Virus record (IMG/VR): IMGVR_UViG_3300046665_000548
Location: 124,001-188,000 of that record
Direction: 5' to 3' (one strand)
DNA length: 64,000 nt
Below, piece after piece: positions 10,827 through 19,041 of this stretch; positions within the stretch are counted from its first letter, which is position 1; each line of letters opens with the position of its first letter. The position numbers and the translations under genes are program-made. The notes under the pieces were generated by a model. That model did not search any database, had not been told where the DNA came from, and was given only the letters and a program-made list of their open reading frames with translations.

Positions 10827-11425
10827 CCGCCTTAGTCACTATATCCACGATTATGTTCGCTATTTTGTGGTTCAACCGTAAAACTTGGTGGCCGATTTGA
10901 CGTTCACTGAGAAAGACCTCTCAATGCTACGCCTTCTGAAGCAGAACGCTCGGCGGCTAGACGGCGACGGACGATATATGGATCGTTTCTCAGAGGCTAC
11001 TGTCGGAAAGAAGCTTTTCCGAAAGATGCCCAGAGAATGGATGGTGCAAACTGGCATATTCCTGATGAGCGGGCGGGCCTGCTACCGGCTCACACCGGCC
11101 GGACTGAAAGCCATCGCATGACCATCCTCCCCCTAGACCCCGACAACCGCATGGCCCGTATGGGCTTCGGAAAGAATAAGGGCAACTGGTTCTTCCGAAT
11201 CGATCTGTGGTTTTTCGGATTTCGCTTCGGCGGTGCCAAATCTACAATGGAGATATCCAAATGTCTAAAGACGAAGTGATCGCCATTCTTAATCGTCTCC
11301 ATGAAGCCGCGTTGGATGAAATGAGCAACCTGATGGTCATCGAAACCATACCAGGACAAAGCGATGCGGCCAGCAACATCAGTATAAAAATACAGGAAGA
11401 GATCGACAAACTTAACGCTTGACGA

Positions 11426-11456
11426 AAGCCCCGGTGTAAAAGCCGGGGCTTCTTTC
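11426..11456 (+). terminator. intrinsic terminator
   Basis: AAGCCCCGG/CCGGGGCTT stem followed by CTTTC. Confidence 0.7.
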
Positions 11457-11482
11457 GTGTTGAGGCGGCACATAAATATTTA

Positions 11483-12637
11483 ATGACCCCAACATTCTGT
11501 GCTGCGGCTTGGTCGAACGCCGTTCTCAAAACAAACGGCCGAAGCTCTATCTGCTGCGCAAATTCGGAATCATACGAGGTGCCGCACCTCACCGAATCGC
11601 TTCAACATCCCGTTCGTCTCGCTGCACGCGAAACTATGTTGCTGGGTCAGCCCGCGCGCGGATGCGAATCCTGCTATATGACTGAGGCAAACGGATCAAA
11701 AAGCCTCAGACACGAATACAACAATATGTTCGAGAACTCGCTCGACCGCAAAAGGCTGAACGAGCCCGCATACAGCCCAATCATGTATTACGATCTCTCA
11801 CTGTCGAATACATGCAATCAGAAATGCAGAATGTGCGGCCCCGATTCCTCTACGCACTGGATAAAAGATTACGCCGCTCTCCAAAAAGAGGGAATAGCTC
11901 CGGCTCAGGAAAACCAAGCGCATAGTCAAATCAATTCAATCGATTCAATCATCGATTCGATGAAAAGAAGCCTTGTGATCAGGCTCTCACTGAAAGGGGG
12001 CGAACCCCTATACATGCGCGAGGTAAAAATTCTGCTGCGAAAGATGGTAGAAAATAATCTCCATAGACGAACAACCTTCCTCCAGATCATCACGAACGGA
12101 TCAGTAGCCGATCAAGAAACGCTCGATCTTCTTCGACATTTTCAAATCTGCTATATCACTCTAAGCATCGACGCGTGTGGTCCCCTCTACAATTACATTC
12201 GGGGATTTAACAAGCCGTTCGAAGAAGTCGAAGAATCATTCCGGAAGATCATCGAAGTGCTACCGAGACACGTCACGCCGCGCATCAACACGACTGTCCA
12301 AGCCCTCAACGTCCTGCATCTGAACGATCTCGAAATATGGATCAGAAAATTCTTCAACGGGCCAGTCGATCAATACCTGTCGTTGCTGATATACCCAAAT
12401 TTCCTCAACATCTCTAACCTTCCCCTCATCGTCAAAGAAACAGCCATCGCCCGGCTCCAGCCACTTGGAGCCAGAGCCAATCACATCATCGCTCGTCTGA
12501 ACGAAGAAGAAAATCCGGAACACTTTCGCCAGTTCTTCCCTTATACGAGGGCGCTCGATGCACGCCGCGACGAAAATCTTGAAAACGTAGCACCAGAACT
12601 TGCCGAAATGCTCAGTTACAAAAAAACTGAAAAATAG
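11483..12637 (+). CDS. radical SAM protein with N-terminal twitch/SPASM-like Cys cluster
   Basis: CNQKCRMC (CxxxCxxC), GGEP, N-terminal C...CC...CxxC; TAAATA 4 nt before the ATG. Confidence 0.85.
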   Translation: MTPTFCAAAWSNAVLKTNGRSSICCANSESYEVPHLTESLQHPVRLAARETMLLGQPARGCESCYMTEANGSKSLRHEYNNMFENSLDRKRLNEPAYSPIMYYDLSLSNTCNQKCRMCGPDSSTHWIKDYAALQKEGIAPAQENQAHSQINSIDSIIDSMKRSLVIRLSLKGGEPLYMREVKILLRKMVENNLHRRTTFLQIITNGSVADQETLDLLRHFQICYITLSIDACGPLYNYIRGFNKPFEEVEESFRKIIEVLPRHVTPRINTTVQALNVLHLNDLEIWIRKFFNGPVDQYLSLLIYPNFLNISNLPLIVKETAIARLQPLGARANHIIARLNEEENPEHFRQFFPYTRALDARRDENLENVAPELAEMLSYKKTEK

Positions 12638-12639
12638 TG

Positions 12640-12671
12640 TTGACTTTCGAAACATGGTCTGTGTATAAATA
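12640..12671 (+). promoter_or_regulatory. promoter of tRNA cluster 1 (TTGACT -35 overlapping T4-type late box TATAAATA)
   Basis: TTGACT 12640-12645, TATAAATA 12664-12671. Confidence 0.75.
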
Positions 12672-12674
12672 GAA

Positions 12675-12782
12675 ATGTTCGCGGATGGTCCGCGTCAAAA
12701 GGATTCGATACGTAAGATGTCCAGCTTGTTTAACAAACGCTTTTGGCGGCGCGTGCGCGCTGTCTCGGAGGTCGCAAGCTGA
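12675..12782 (+). CDS. attenuator leader peptide MFADGPRQKDSIRKMSSLFNKRFWRRVRAVSEVAS
   Basis: Codon run TTG TTT AAC AAA CGC TTT TGG CGG CGC GTG CGC matches the downstream tRNAs; 3' end overlaps the antiterminator arm (alternative start ATG at 12717). Confidence 0.75.
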   Translation: MFADGPRQKDSIRKMSSLFNKRFWRRVRAVSEVAS

Positions 12783-12813
12783 TCTGACGCTTTCACGTGT
12801 CATCAGGTTACCG

Positions 12814-12850
12814 AAGCCCTCCGAGGAAAATGATTTCCGGAGGGTTTTTT
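12814..12850 (+). terminator. attenuator terminator T1
   Basis: AAGCCCTCC/GGAGGGTTT stem plus T-tract. Confidence 0.8.
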
Positions 12851-12864
12851 CTTGTCTGCTTTGC

Positions 12865-12906
12865 AGAGCCCTCCCTGGAAAATCCTCGGAGGGCTTTTGT
12901 TGTTTT
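12865..12906 (+). terminator. attenuator terminator T2 (duplicate of T1)
   Basis: AGAGCCCTCC/GGAGGGCTTT stem plus TGTTGTTTT. Confidence 0.8.
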
Positions 12907-12939
12907 AGATAGGAGAAATACACGGGCGAATGCCCACAT

Positions 12940-13015
12940 GCTTCTGTAGCTCAGTTGGTAGAGCACTCGACTGAAAATCGGGGTGTCGGCGGTTCGAGCC
13001 CGCCTGGAAGCACCA
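12940..13015 (+). tRNA. tRNA-Phe(GAA)
   Basis: Cloverleaf, loop CT-GAA-AA, encoded CCA. Confidence 0.95.
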
Positions 13016-13031
13016 ATTCAATGCTGGTCAC

Positions 13032-13115
13032 GCGGGCGTGGCGGAATGGTTTAGACGCGCTGGCTTCAAACCCCAGTTCTTCGGAGTGGGGGTTCAAGTC
13101 CCTCCGCCCGCACCA
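13032..13115 (+). tRNA. tRNA-Leu(CAA)
   Basis: Class II, loop TT-CAA-AC, C31-C39 mismatch, A73, CCA. Confidence 0.85.
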
Positions 13116-13130
13116 GCATATACCAAGTTT

Positions 13131-13206
13131 AAGGGTGTAGCTCAATTGGTAGAGCGTCGGTCTCCAAAACCGAAGGTTGCAGGTTCGATGCCTGTCGCCC
13201 TTGCCA
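13131..13206 (+). tRNA. tRNA-Trp(CCA)
   Basis: Loop CT-CCA-AA, G73, CCA. Confidence 0.95.
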
Positions 13207-13207
13207 C

Positions 13208-13284
13208 GGTCTTATAGCTCAACTGGATAGAGCACCTGACTACGAATCAGGAGGTTTCAGGTTCGAGTCCTGATAAGACCGCCA
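13208..13284 (+). tRNA. tRNA-Arg(ACG)
   Basis: Loop CT-ACG-AA, A20, CCA. Confidence 0.95.
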
Positions 13285-13330
13285 CCTTATAGTCCACTTG
13301 GGCGCATCCACGGGGTGCTCTAGGCCGACT

Positions 13331-13405
13331 GGTCCGTTAGCGCAGCGGTAGCGCATTCGCCTTCGAAGCGACTGGTCGGCGGTTCGAATCCGTCACGGAC
13401 CTCCA
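13331..13405 (+). tRNA. tRNA-Arg(TCG), atypical identity elements
   Basis: Loop CT-TCG-AA, U73, no A20, CCA. Confidence 0.85.
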
Positions 13406-13448
13406 AATACGTGAAGGCTACGATAGTGCCAGCGAGACGATTTTTGAT

Positions 13449-13524
13449 GGGCGTATAACTCAGTTGGTAGAGTAGCTGACTCTTAATCAGTTTGTCGCAG
13501 GTTCGAACCCTGCTGCGCCCACCA
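13449..13524 (+). tRNA. tRNA-Lys(CTT)
   Basis: Loop CT-CTT-AA, A73, CCA. Confidence 0.95.
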
Positions 13525-13535
13525 AAAATCGTTTT

Positions 13536-13622
13536 GAGCCGGTGTCCCGAGTGGCGAAGGGGGCGGACTTTTAATCCGTTGTTGAGAGACCATCGTGGGT
13601 TCGAGTCCCACCCGGCTCCCCA
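13536..13622 (+). tRNA. tRNA with TTT (Lys) anticodon in a class II, Tyr-like body
   Basis: GAGCCGG/CCGGCTC acceptor, loop CT-TTT-AA, 15-nt variable region, C73, CCA. Confidence 0.8.
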
Positions 13623-13673
13623 TCTATCTCAGTTTCGCGAAGCTAAATACTAGTTTAGCTCAGTAGGACTGAA

Positions 13674-14213
13674 ATGTTTTCTTGTGATGTTTGCTCTAAA
13701 GATTTTGCCACTTATCGCGGCTTAAACGGACACAAAAGACTCCATGGAGAATCCAGGGGGACGTATGTTGAAGGCTCTAGAGTTGGCGTTGGAGGGAAGA
13801 AACCGTTTAGACAAAACAAACCGTGCCAACGGTGCGGTCAAGAGTCTTTGAACAGCAAATACTGTTCGAATAAGTGTCAGAACGCTTATGAAAAAAGCTC
13901 TTTGATTGAGGACTGGCTGAACGGAAAAGACTCAGGTCTAGCTGCGGGCAACCGTCTGAAGAAATCAATACGTGATCATCTTCTTGCAGAAGCAGAATAC
14001 AAGTGCTCTTCATGCGGTTGGGACAAGATCAATCCAAAGAGCGGAAAGACTCCGTTAGAGATAGATCACATCGACGGAAATTCGGACAATTGCGTGAAAG
14101 ATAACCTAAGGGTCTTGTGCCCTAACTGTCATTCTCTGACGCCCACATATCGGGCGTTAAATTACGGTCGCGCAAATAAAGGTAGACTAAGATACTCTCG
14201 CCTGTGTAAATAG
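13674..14213 (+). CDS. HNH homing endonuclease with N-terminal C2H2 zinc finger
   Basis: CDVC...H-x3-H, LEIDHIDGN...NLRVLCPNCH; inserted within the tRNA cluster. Confidence 0.9.
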   Translation: MFSCDVCSKDFATYRGLNGHKRLHGESRGTYVEGSRVGVGGKKPFRQNKPCQRCGQESLNSKYCSNKCQNAYEKSSLIEDWLNGKDSGLAAGNRLKKSIRDHLLAEAEYKCSSCGWDKINPKSGKTPLEIDHIDGNSDNCVKDNLRVLCPNCHSLTPTYRALNYGRANKGRLRYSRLCK

Positions 14214-14220
14214 GGGTATT

Positions 14221-14296
14221 GGCCGGTTAGCTCAGCGGTAGTAGCGTTTCCTTTACATGGAAAATGTCGGGAGTTCGATCCTCTCACCGGCTACCA
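14221..14296 (+). tRNA. tRNA-Val(TAC)
   Basis: Loop TT-TAC-AT, A73, CCA. Confidence 0.9.
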
Positions 14297-14565
14297 CAAT
14301 TTCCCAACGAGAATTCCATTGGCCAAATACTGGTATTTCGCAAAGTGCGATAAGTGCAAAGAAGTCGCGCACGTGATGGTGAATAATCCCATCGCTTCTG
14401 CCAGCTATCTTGGCGCGAAGAGCGGAAACATCCAGGCTTGGTTGACGAAGCATTATGCTTGCGAACTAACATTGGGATGGCGCGACGATCATCTCGATCA
14501 GCTTTGGGACGAAGGCTACACCAACGCCGATCTCCGAATGGATGACGACAAACCATAAATATCGG

Positions 14566-14943
14566 ATGAACTTGTCAGAAGTCATCCAGCCCGAACTTTC
14601 AAATGATTTGCTCGCCCAATTCACTGATGAGCTTGAGCAGCGTCTTGGCCTCAAGACCTTTTCCGTTTTCCTGTCCGGCAACGATATCAAGTTGAACCTG
14701 ATAGTCCTAGGAAAGGACAATCAGAGACTTGGGCGCGGCACTCAGGCCGTCTTCGCTCTGTGTGGACTGGCTGACAAGTATCACAAGCGAATCATCCTCA
14801 CGCCCGCTCAGAAGGACACGCACCATGGAACGACTTCCACTGCGCGGCTGGTCAATTTCTATAAGCGTTTCGGCTTCAAAGAGAACCGTGGGCGCAACAA
14901 GGATTTCTCGATTACTGCCGGAATGTATCGCGATCCTATGTAG
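14566..14943 (+). CDS. GNAT-family acetyltransferase-like protein, late leaderless
   Basis: QRLGRGT motif A, RLVNFYKRFGF; TAAATA 14556-14561 then ATG (MNLSEVIQPE). Confidence 0.7.
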   Translation: MNLSEVIQPELSNDLLAQFTDELEQRLGLKTFSVFLSGNDIKLNLIVLGKDNQRLGRGTQAVFALCGLADKYHKRIILTPAQKDTHHGTTSTARLVNFYKRFGFKENRGRNKDFSITAGMYRDPM

Positions 14944-14995
14944 AATTTGACTACACAACGCCGCTTTAGTAGTCACAAAGGACTCTCTAGCGATT

Positions 14996-15754
14996 GTGAA
15001 ACAGATGTCTGCAAAATTCGATAGCCTCGTTGAACGTTTGGTCAAGAAGATGGGTCTGTCTCAGACTCCAGTTCCTGGCTTCATCATTGGCCTCAGCGGC
15101 ACCGATTCAATCATTGCATTCCTCTTGGCTTACCGTGCATGTGAGCGCCTCGACCTCCCTCCTGGTGGGATGGCTGATCGCCTTCTTGGCGTTCACTACA
15201 AATCTGGCGATAAGGTCGATTGGTTCGAGGCTGAGATCATGCCTTGGCTTGCTGCCGAATGTCCCAAAGCTACTTTGATAACTCGCGTGCCACGTGGCGG
15301 AAACGCCGATCCTCAGCGTTGGGCGGATATGCACCTACGTGCGTTAAATTCAAACGTTGATGAGAACACCACGCGATACACGCCGCACGATGCAGGCAAG
15401 AACTATTGGGTTGCCGGGACCATCAACGCTACTGAAAAGGTTCTTGGCAAGTTCAGCATGCTCGCGGAGAGCGTCAGCATCCAACTTATTCAGACCGTGT
15501 GGAAGAGCGAGATCATGGCTCTTTGTGAAGAGTATGGTGTGCCGTCGATTGCGATGGAGATGTCGCGTATTCCTGATTGTCTATGCGGGCGTGACGAGAT
15601 CGCGGCCAACAACATTGAACTTATTGATCAAATCATTCGTCACAAGGTGAAGCCATCTGAGCATCCACCTGAATTGCTCGATACGCTGTTCTCGTACATC
15701 GCGATGGTCAGGTCAGAAAATGACTTTAAGAATCGCATTCCGTACACAATTTGA
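14996..15754 (+). CDS. NAD synthetase (NadE)-like PP-loop protein
   Basis: IIGLSGTDS PP-loop, GTINATE...LG, WKSEIMALCEEYGVP. Confidence 0.65.
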   Translation: MKQMSAKFDSLVERLVKKMGLSQTPVPGFIIGLSGTDSIIAFLLAYRACERLDLPPGGMADRLLGVHYKSGDKVDWFEAEIMPWLAAECPKATLITRVPRGGNADPQRWADMHLRALNSNVDENTTRYTPHDAGKNYWVAGTINATEKVLGKFSMLAESVSIQLIQTVWKSEIMALCEEYGVPSIAMEMSRIPDCLCGRDEIAANNIELIDQIIRHKVKPSEHPPELLDTLFSYIAMVRSENDFKNRIPYTI

Positions 15755-15875
15755 GCAGTCGAGCTTTACGAATTTACTAAAAAACCTTCTCTCGCGCCTT
15801 GACTAACTTCACGTTCTGGTAGACTTTACGCGTGCCGGGCGATTCCGGTGTGGTCAGCAACCAGGACGGGGAAAG

Positions 15876-17276
15876 ATGTCATCACAAGACTTGATCGCGG
15901 CGCGCGATCTTATTCGCGAGCAGGGTGAAATTCTTGAGCGTTACGCCGAGGGTGGATTGACGCTGGCTTCCGTTCTGTCCGTCACGAACGAGCGCGTGTT
16001 GATTTCCACATCGTCGGGAATCATGGAAACCGCTCGTCCCAAGGAGATTTGGGGTAAGAAACTTAAGCCGGGTTCGGCTGTTCTCATAATCGAAGGCGCA
16101 ATCGTCAAGACGTGCGATATGCTTGCCTATGGAAGTATTTCGACAGTCTCTCGGCTTGTGGACGCAACCACGGTCGAGGTTACCTCCGAAGGACAGCCAC
16201 GTTTGGTCTATTCTGGCGTTGCTTGTCAGGTTGGTGATACGGTTTGTCTTGACGCGACCAATCGCGTCGTCGTGCGAGTTCTTCCGCAAGACAGCAAACG
16301 TTTCGAGGTGGCTATTCCGTTCGTCTCTTGGGATCATATCGGCGGCCAAGAACAGGCCAAGATGGAGATGCGCGAGGCGGTCGAATTGCCGCTTCTGCAC
16401 CCGAAGCTTTTCGAAGCATACGGCAAGAAGCCGTCTCACGGCATCATGCTGTACGGTCCTCCCGGCTGCGGCAAGACCAAGATCGGCAAAGCAACGGCAT
16501 CGTCCCTTGCTCAGCGCGGTGATGGCGGCGGCTTCATGTATGTCAAGGGCGCGGAAGTGCTCGATCCTTACGTGGGCGTGGCTGAAGCTACTGTGCGGGC
16601 GATCTTCGACCGGGCGCGAAAATACAAGAACGAGACGGGGCAGCAGGCTGTGGTGTTCGTTGACGAAGCCGATGCTATTCTCGGTCGGCGCGGCGGGCGG
16701 CAGTCTCATATGGAGAAGACAATCGTCCCGACTTTCTTGACCGAAATGGACGGTCTCGAAGAGTCTGGCGCGATGGTGATCCTTTCCACGAATCGTCCGG
16801 ACACGCTCGACTCGGCCATTACTCGTGACGGTCGTATCAGCCGTCAGGTGAAGGTATCTCGACCGACGAAGAAGGATGCGGCTGAAATCTTCAACATCTA
16901 TTTGAAGGACAAGCCGCTGACAGACAAGTCGGCCGAGGTGGCTGAGGCTGCGAGCCACGCGTTGTATGATCCGGCTCTTCGGATTTTCTCGTTGAAGCTT
17001 TCGGACAACACCGATCATGATTTCACTCTCGCCAATCTCGCCAGCGGCGCGATGGTCGAAGGTATCGTGGATCGGGCGGTGTCTCGGGCTATGCGCCGGG
17101 ATATCGAAAACAAGGAACGTAAGGCCACGGGTCTCAAGGCAGAAGATGTGCTGGAGGCCGTTGTTAGCACGTATCGTCAGAACATCTCTGGCGATCACAT
17201 CGAGGCTCTAGTCGATTTCGCGGATGGTCGCGAGATCATGAGAAAGGATAGGTACCATGTTTCAGAAGCAGCGTAA
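15876..17276 (+). CDS. ARC/Mpa-like AAA+ ATPase
   Basis: N-terminal coiled coil and OB-like region, WDHIGG, GPPGCGKT, VFVDEAD, TNRPDTLDSAITRDGR, SGAMVEGIVDRA. Confidence 0.85.
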   Translation: MSSQDLIAARDLIREQGEILERYAEGGLTLASVLSVTNERVLISTSSGIMETARPKEIWGKKLKPGSAVLIIEGAIVKTCDMLAYGSISTVSRLVDATTVEVTSEGQPRLVYSGVACQVGDTVCLDATNRVVVRVLPQDSKRFEVAIPFVSWDHIGGQEQAKMEMREAVELPLLHPKLFEAYGKKPSHGIMLYGPPGCGKTKIGKATASSLAQRGDGGGFMYVKGAEVLDPYVGVAEATVRAIFDRARKYKNETGQQAVVFVDEADAILGRRGGRQSHMEKTIVPTFLTEMDGLEESGAMVILSTNRPDTLDSAITRDGRISRQVKVSRPTKKDAAEIFNIYLKDKPLTDKSAEVAEAASHALYDPALRIFSLKLSDNTDHDFTLANLASGAMVEGIVDRAVSRAMRRDIENKERKATGLKAEDVLEAVVSTYRQNISGDHIEALVDFADGREIMRKDRYHVSEAA

Positions 17277-17466
17277 GGTTGGTGACGGCGGCGGTTCCCC
17301 CAACATGCCGGGGTACGATCCGGCTGGTGGCCGCGAGGCCAAGGATGCTGTTGCCAAGGCAAAGGCGATGATGTCGAAGCTCGACGGCAGCATCAAGTCC
17401 TCGCAAAACGAGGAAAAGGCGCAGAAGAAGAAAGAGGAGTGGACGGGCCGTGGGTGTGTTTGCTGA
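17257..17466 (+). CDS. small disordered protein, Pup-like N-terminus, C-terminal GCVC
   Basis: MFQKQRKVGDGGG...; AAAGGA SD; overlaps the ATPase stop. Confidence 0.6.
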   Translation: MFQKQRKVGDGGGSPNMPGYDPAGGREAKDAVAKAKAMMSKLDGSIKSSQNEEKAQKKKEEWTGRGCVC

Positions 17467-17821
17467 ATACTTTATTCTGTGTGCTCTTGCGGTGTCGGCC
17501 ATCTCTTTGACGGTCGCCCGCACGAAGATCACAATGCAGGCAAGGGACTGGGCATTGGATCGATCTCCAATGCTCGGACACCTTTTGGGTTGCCCTTATT
17601 GCTTGTCGCACTGGGCGGCGTTCTTCGTAGCGTTCACCTTTCCCTACCAGGGCTTGGTGCATTTCGTGATCCTGACGTTCGGCCTCATTGGGGCTAGCGC
17701 GATTATCACTGCACTGGTCGTGCATTTCTTGCTCAAGCAAGAAAACGAGATCGAGTATCTTCGAGAAAAGCTCACGGAGTCTCGTGATATGATCCAGTCG
17801 CTACTCCCCAACGAAGACTAG
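17450..17821 (+). CDS. DUF1360-like membrane protein
   Basis: LGHLLGCPYCLSHW motif, TM helices; GAGGAG SD. Confidence 0.65.
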   Translation: MGVFAEYFILCALAVSAISLTVARTKITMQARDWALDRSPMLGHLLGCPYCLSHWAAFFVAFTFPYQGLVHFVILTFGLIGASAIITALVVHFLLKQENEIEYLREKLTESRDMIQSLLPNED

Positions 17822-18228
17822 CGGTTATCGAATTCGAATTTGGCGTATCCGACTGACTTTCTGCCGGTGATCCTGAATCCTTTGGTGATCCGCAGAAAGT
17901 TTGGTACGTCCTTGATGGCCCAGTCGTGGTCACCGAGTGGAATCCACTCGCACTGGATATCGCCGTCTTTGTCTGGCGTCACGATGATGATAGCCACCTC
18001 TCCATAAATGTGAAGACCCTGGCTCATTGGCGAATGGGTCGCTTCCATAGCATCCCAATAGTATTGATTCCCAGCCTCATCGATCAGACCGCGCAATTCG
18101 GTGTGCATCTTAAGCCCGGCGAGGAATTGCGTTCGGGAAGGGTTCGCGTACACCCTCACGTTCTTGTTGAAGATTTGTATCTGGAGGATTTTACCCTCGG
18201 TGAGGGTCAAGACTTCACGTATACGCAT
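17818..18228 (-). CDS. late leaderless hypothetical protein (paralog of 20176-20601)
   Basis: TAAATA 4 nt upstream; MRIREVLTLTE; NP...LRGL.D. Confidence 0.7.
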   Translation of the reverse strand: MRIREVLTLTEGKILQIQIFNKNVRVYANPSRTQFLAGLKMHTELRGLIDEAGNQYYWDAMEATHSPMSQGLHIYGEVAIIIVTPDKDGDIQCEWIPLGDHDWAIKDVPNFLRITKGFRITGRKSVGYAKFEFDNR

Positions 18229-18235
18229 CCGATAT

Positions 18236-18742
18236 TTAGGCTCTGTATCGATCAATTACCGCGAAGCATCGTGCGAGGTCTGGCATCATCTGCGTGGCCT
18301 CGATTTTGAAGCGGTCGTATTCCATTGGCTTCTGAATCTTGATTGCTCGGATAGCTTTCACGACGCCCTGAACGGGTCCGACAATCCGTTCCTCATATTC
18401 AGAATATGTTGGCGAGCCGCTTTTGAAACCGTCATCGAACGGCACGATCTTATGACGTTGCACGAGAATGTTGCGGTCGAAGACAATCACCGCGCCGCAT
18501 ACAGAATTTCCTGAGGGAAGGCATTGGATCAACTGATCTTCGATGTCGGTATCTTCGAGATCGATGAGCGTTCTGGTTGTTGCGAATTTCGAAGCGATAG
18601 CGGGTGATCGCGTGAGGCTTGCTGATCGAGCGCCTTCTGCGGTCAGTCTATCCGTTTCAATGATACGTACGAGCCATGGTAAACTGGTCCCGTGGTACAA
18701 GACAGATTGTCCAACATCTTCGTTGAGTTCGCGTACTAGCAT
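18236..18742 (-). CDS. ART-like protein, late leaderless
   Basis: LYHGT...SLTRS...EYEE; TAAATA 4 nt upstream; MLVRELNE. Confidence 0.6.
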   Translation of the reverse strand: MLVRELNEDVGQSVLYHGTSLPWLVRIIETDRLTAEGARSASLTRSPAIASKFATTRTLIDLEDTDIEDQLIQCLPSGNSVCGAVIVFDRNILVQRHKIVPFDDGFKSGSPTYSEYEERIVGPVQGVVKAIRAIKIQKPMEYDRFKIEATQMMPDLARCFAVIDRYRA

Positions 18743-18774
18743 CCGATATTTAGGATGTTCGAGTAAATACTTTC

Positions 18775-19041
18775 ATGGATATTCGTGCAATCATGAACCT
18801 CATTGAAGGTTCTTCAATCTACCCGTCGAAGAAGCATGGATCAGACCATGATTACGATGATAAGCATCTCGCTGCGCTAGAAAAAGCAGGCGTCGGTAAG
18901 GGTCCTTCTATTGAGGATCAGAAGAAGGAACGCGACGACGCCAAAGAGCGTGTTGCTGACAAGCGCGAAAAACGCGCCGTTTCCGAAGAAGAGCGCGTCC
19001 AGGTTCGCGAGTGGTTAGATCGGATTCTCGATAACCGCTAA
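18775..19041 (+). CDS. late leaderless small charged protein
   Basis: TAAATA 5 nt upstream; MDIRAIMNLIE. Confidence 0.7.
   Translation: MDIRAIMNLIEGSSIYPSKKHGSDHDYDDKHLAALEKAGVGKGPSIEDQKKERDDAKERVADKREKRAVSEEERVQVREWLDRILDNR

Noticed and set aside
13032-13115. Possible opal suppressor/Sec tRNA (CT-TCA-AA reading)
   Set aside because: The CTGG/CCAG stem centres the loop on CAA, the body is Leu-like with A73, and TGA is used as a normal stop throughout
12685-13145. ORF-track ORFs across the attenuator and tRNAs (also 25049-25309, the 5' part of 25248-25523, and 25628-25867)
   Set aside because: They overlap terminators and tRNA genes; shadow ORFs
15882-17198. 438-aa antisense ORF
   Set aside because: Mirror of the AAA ATPase due to codon bias; no motifs. 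The same applies to most long opposite-strand ORFs over leuS, aspS and serS
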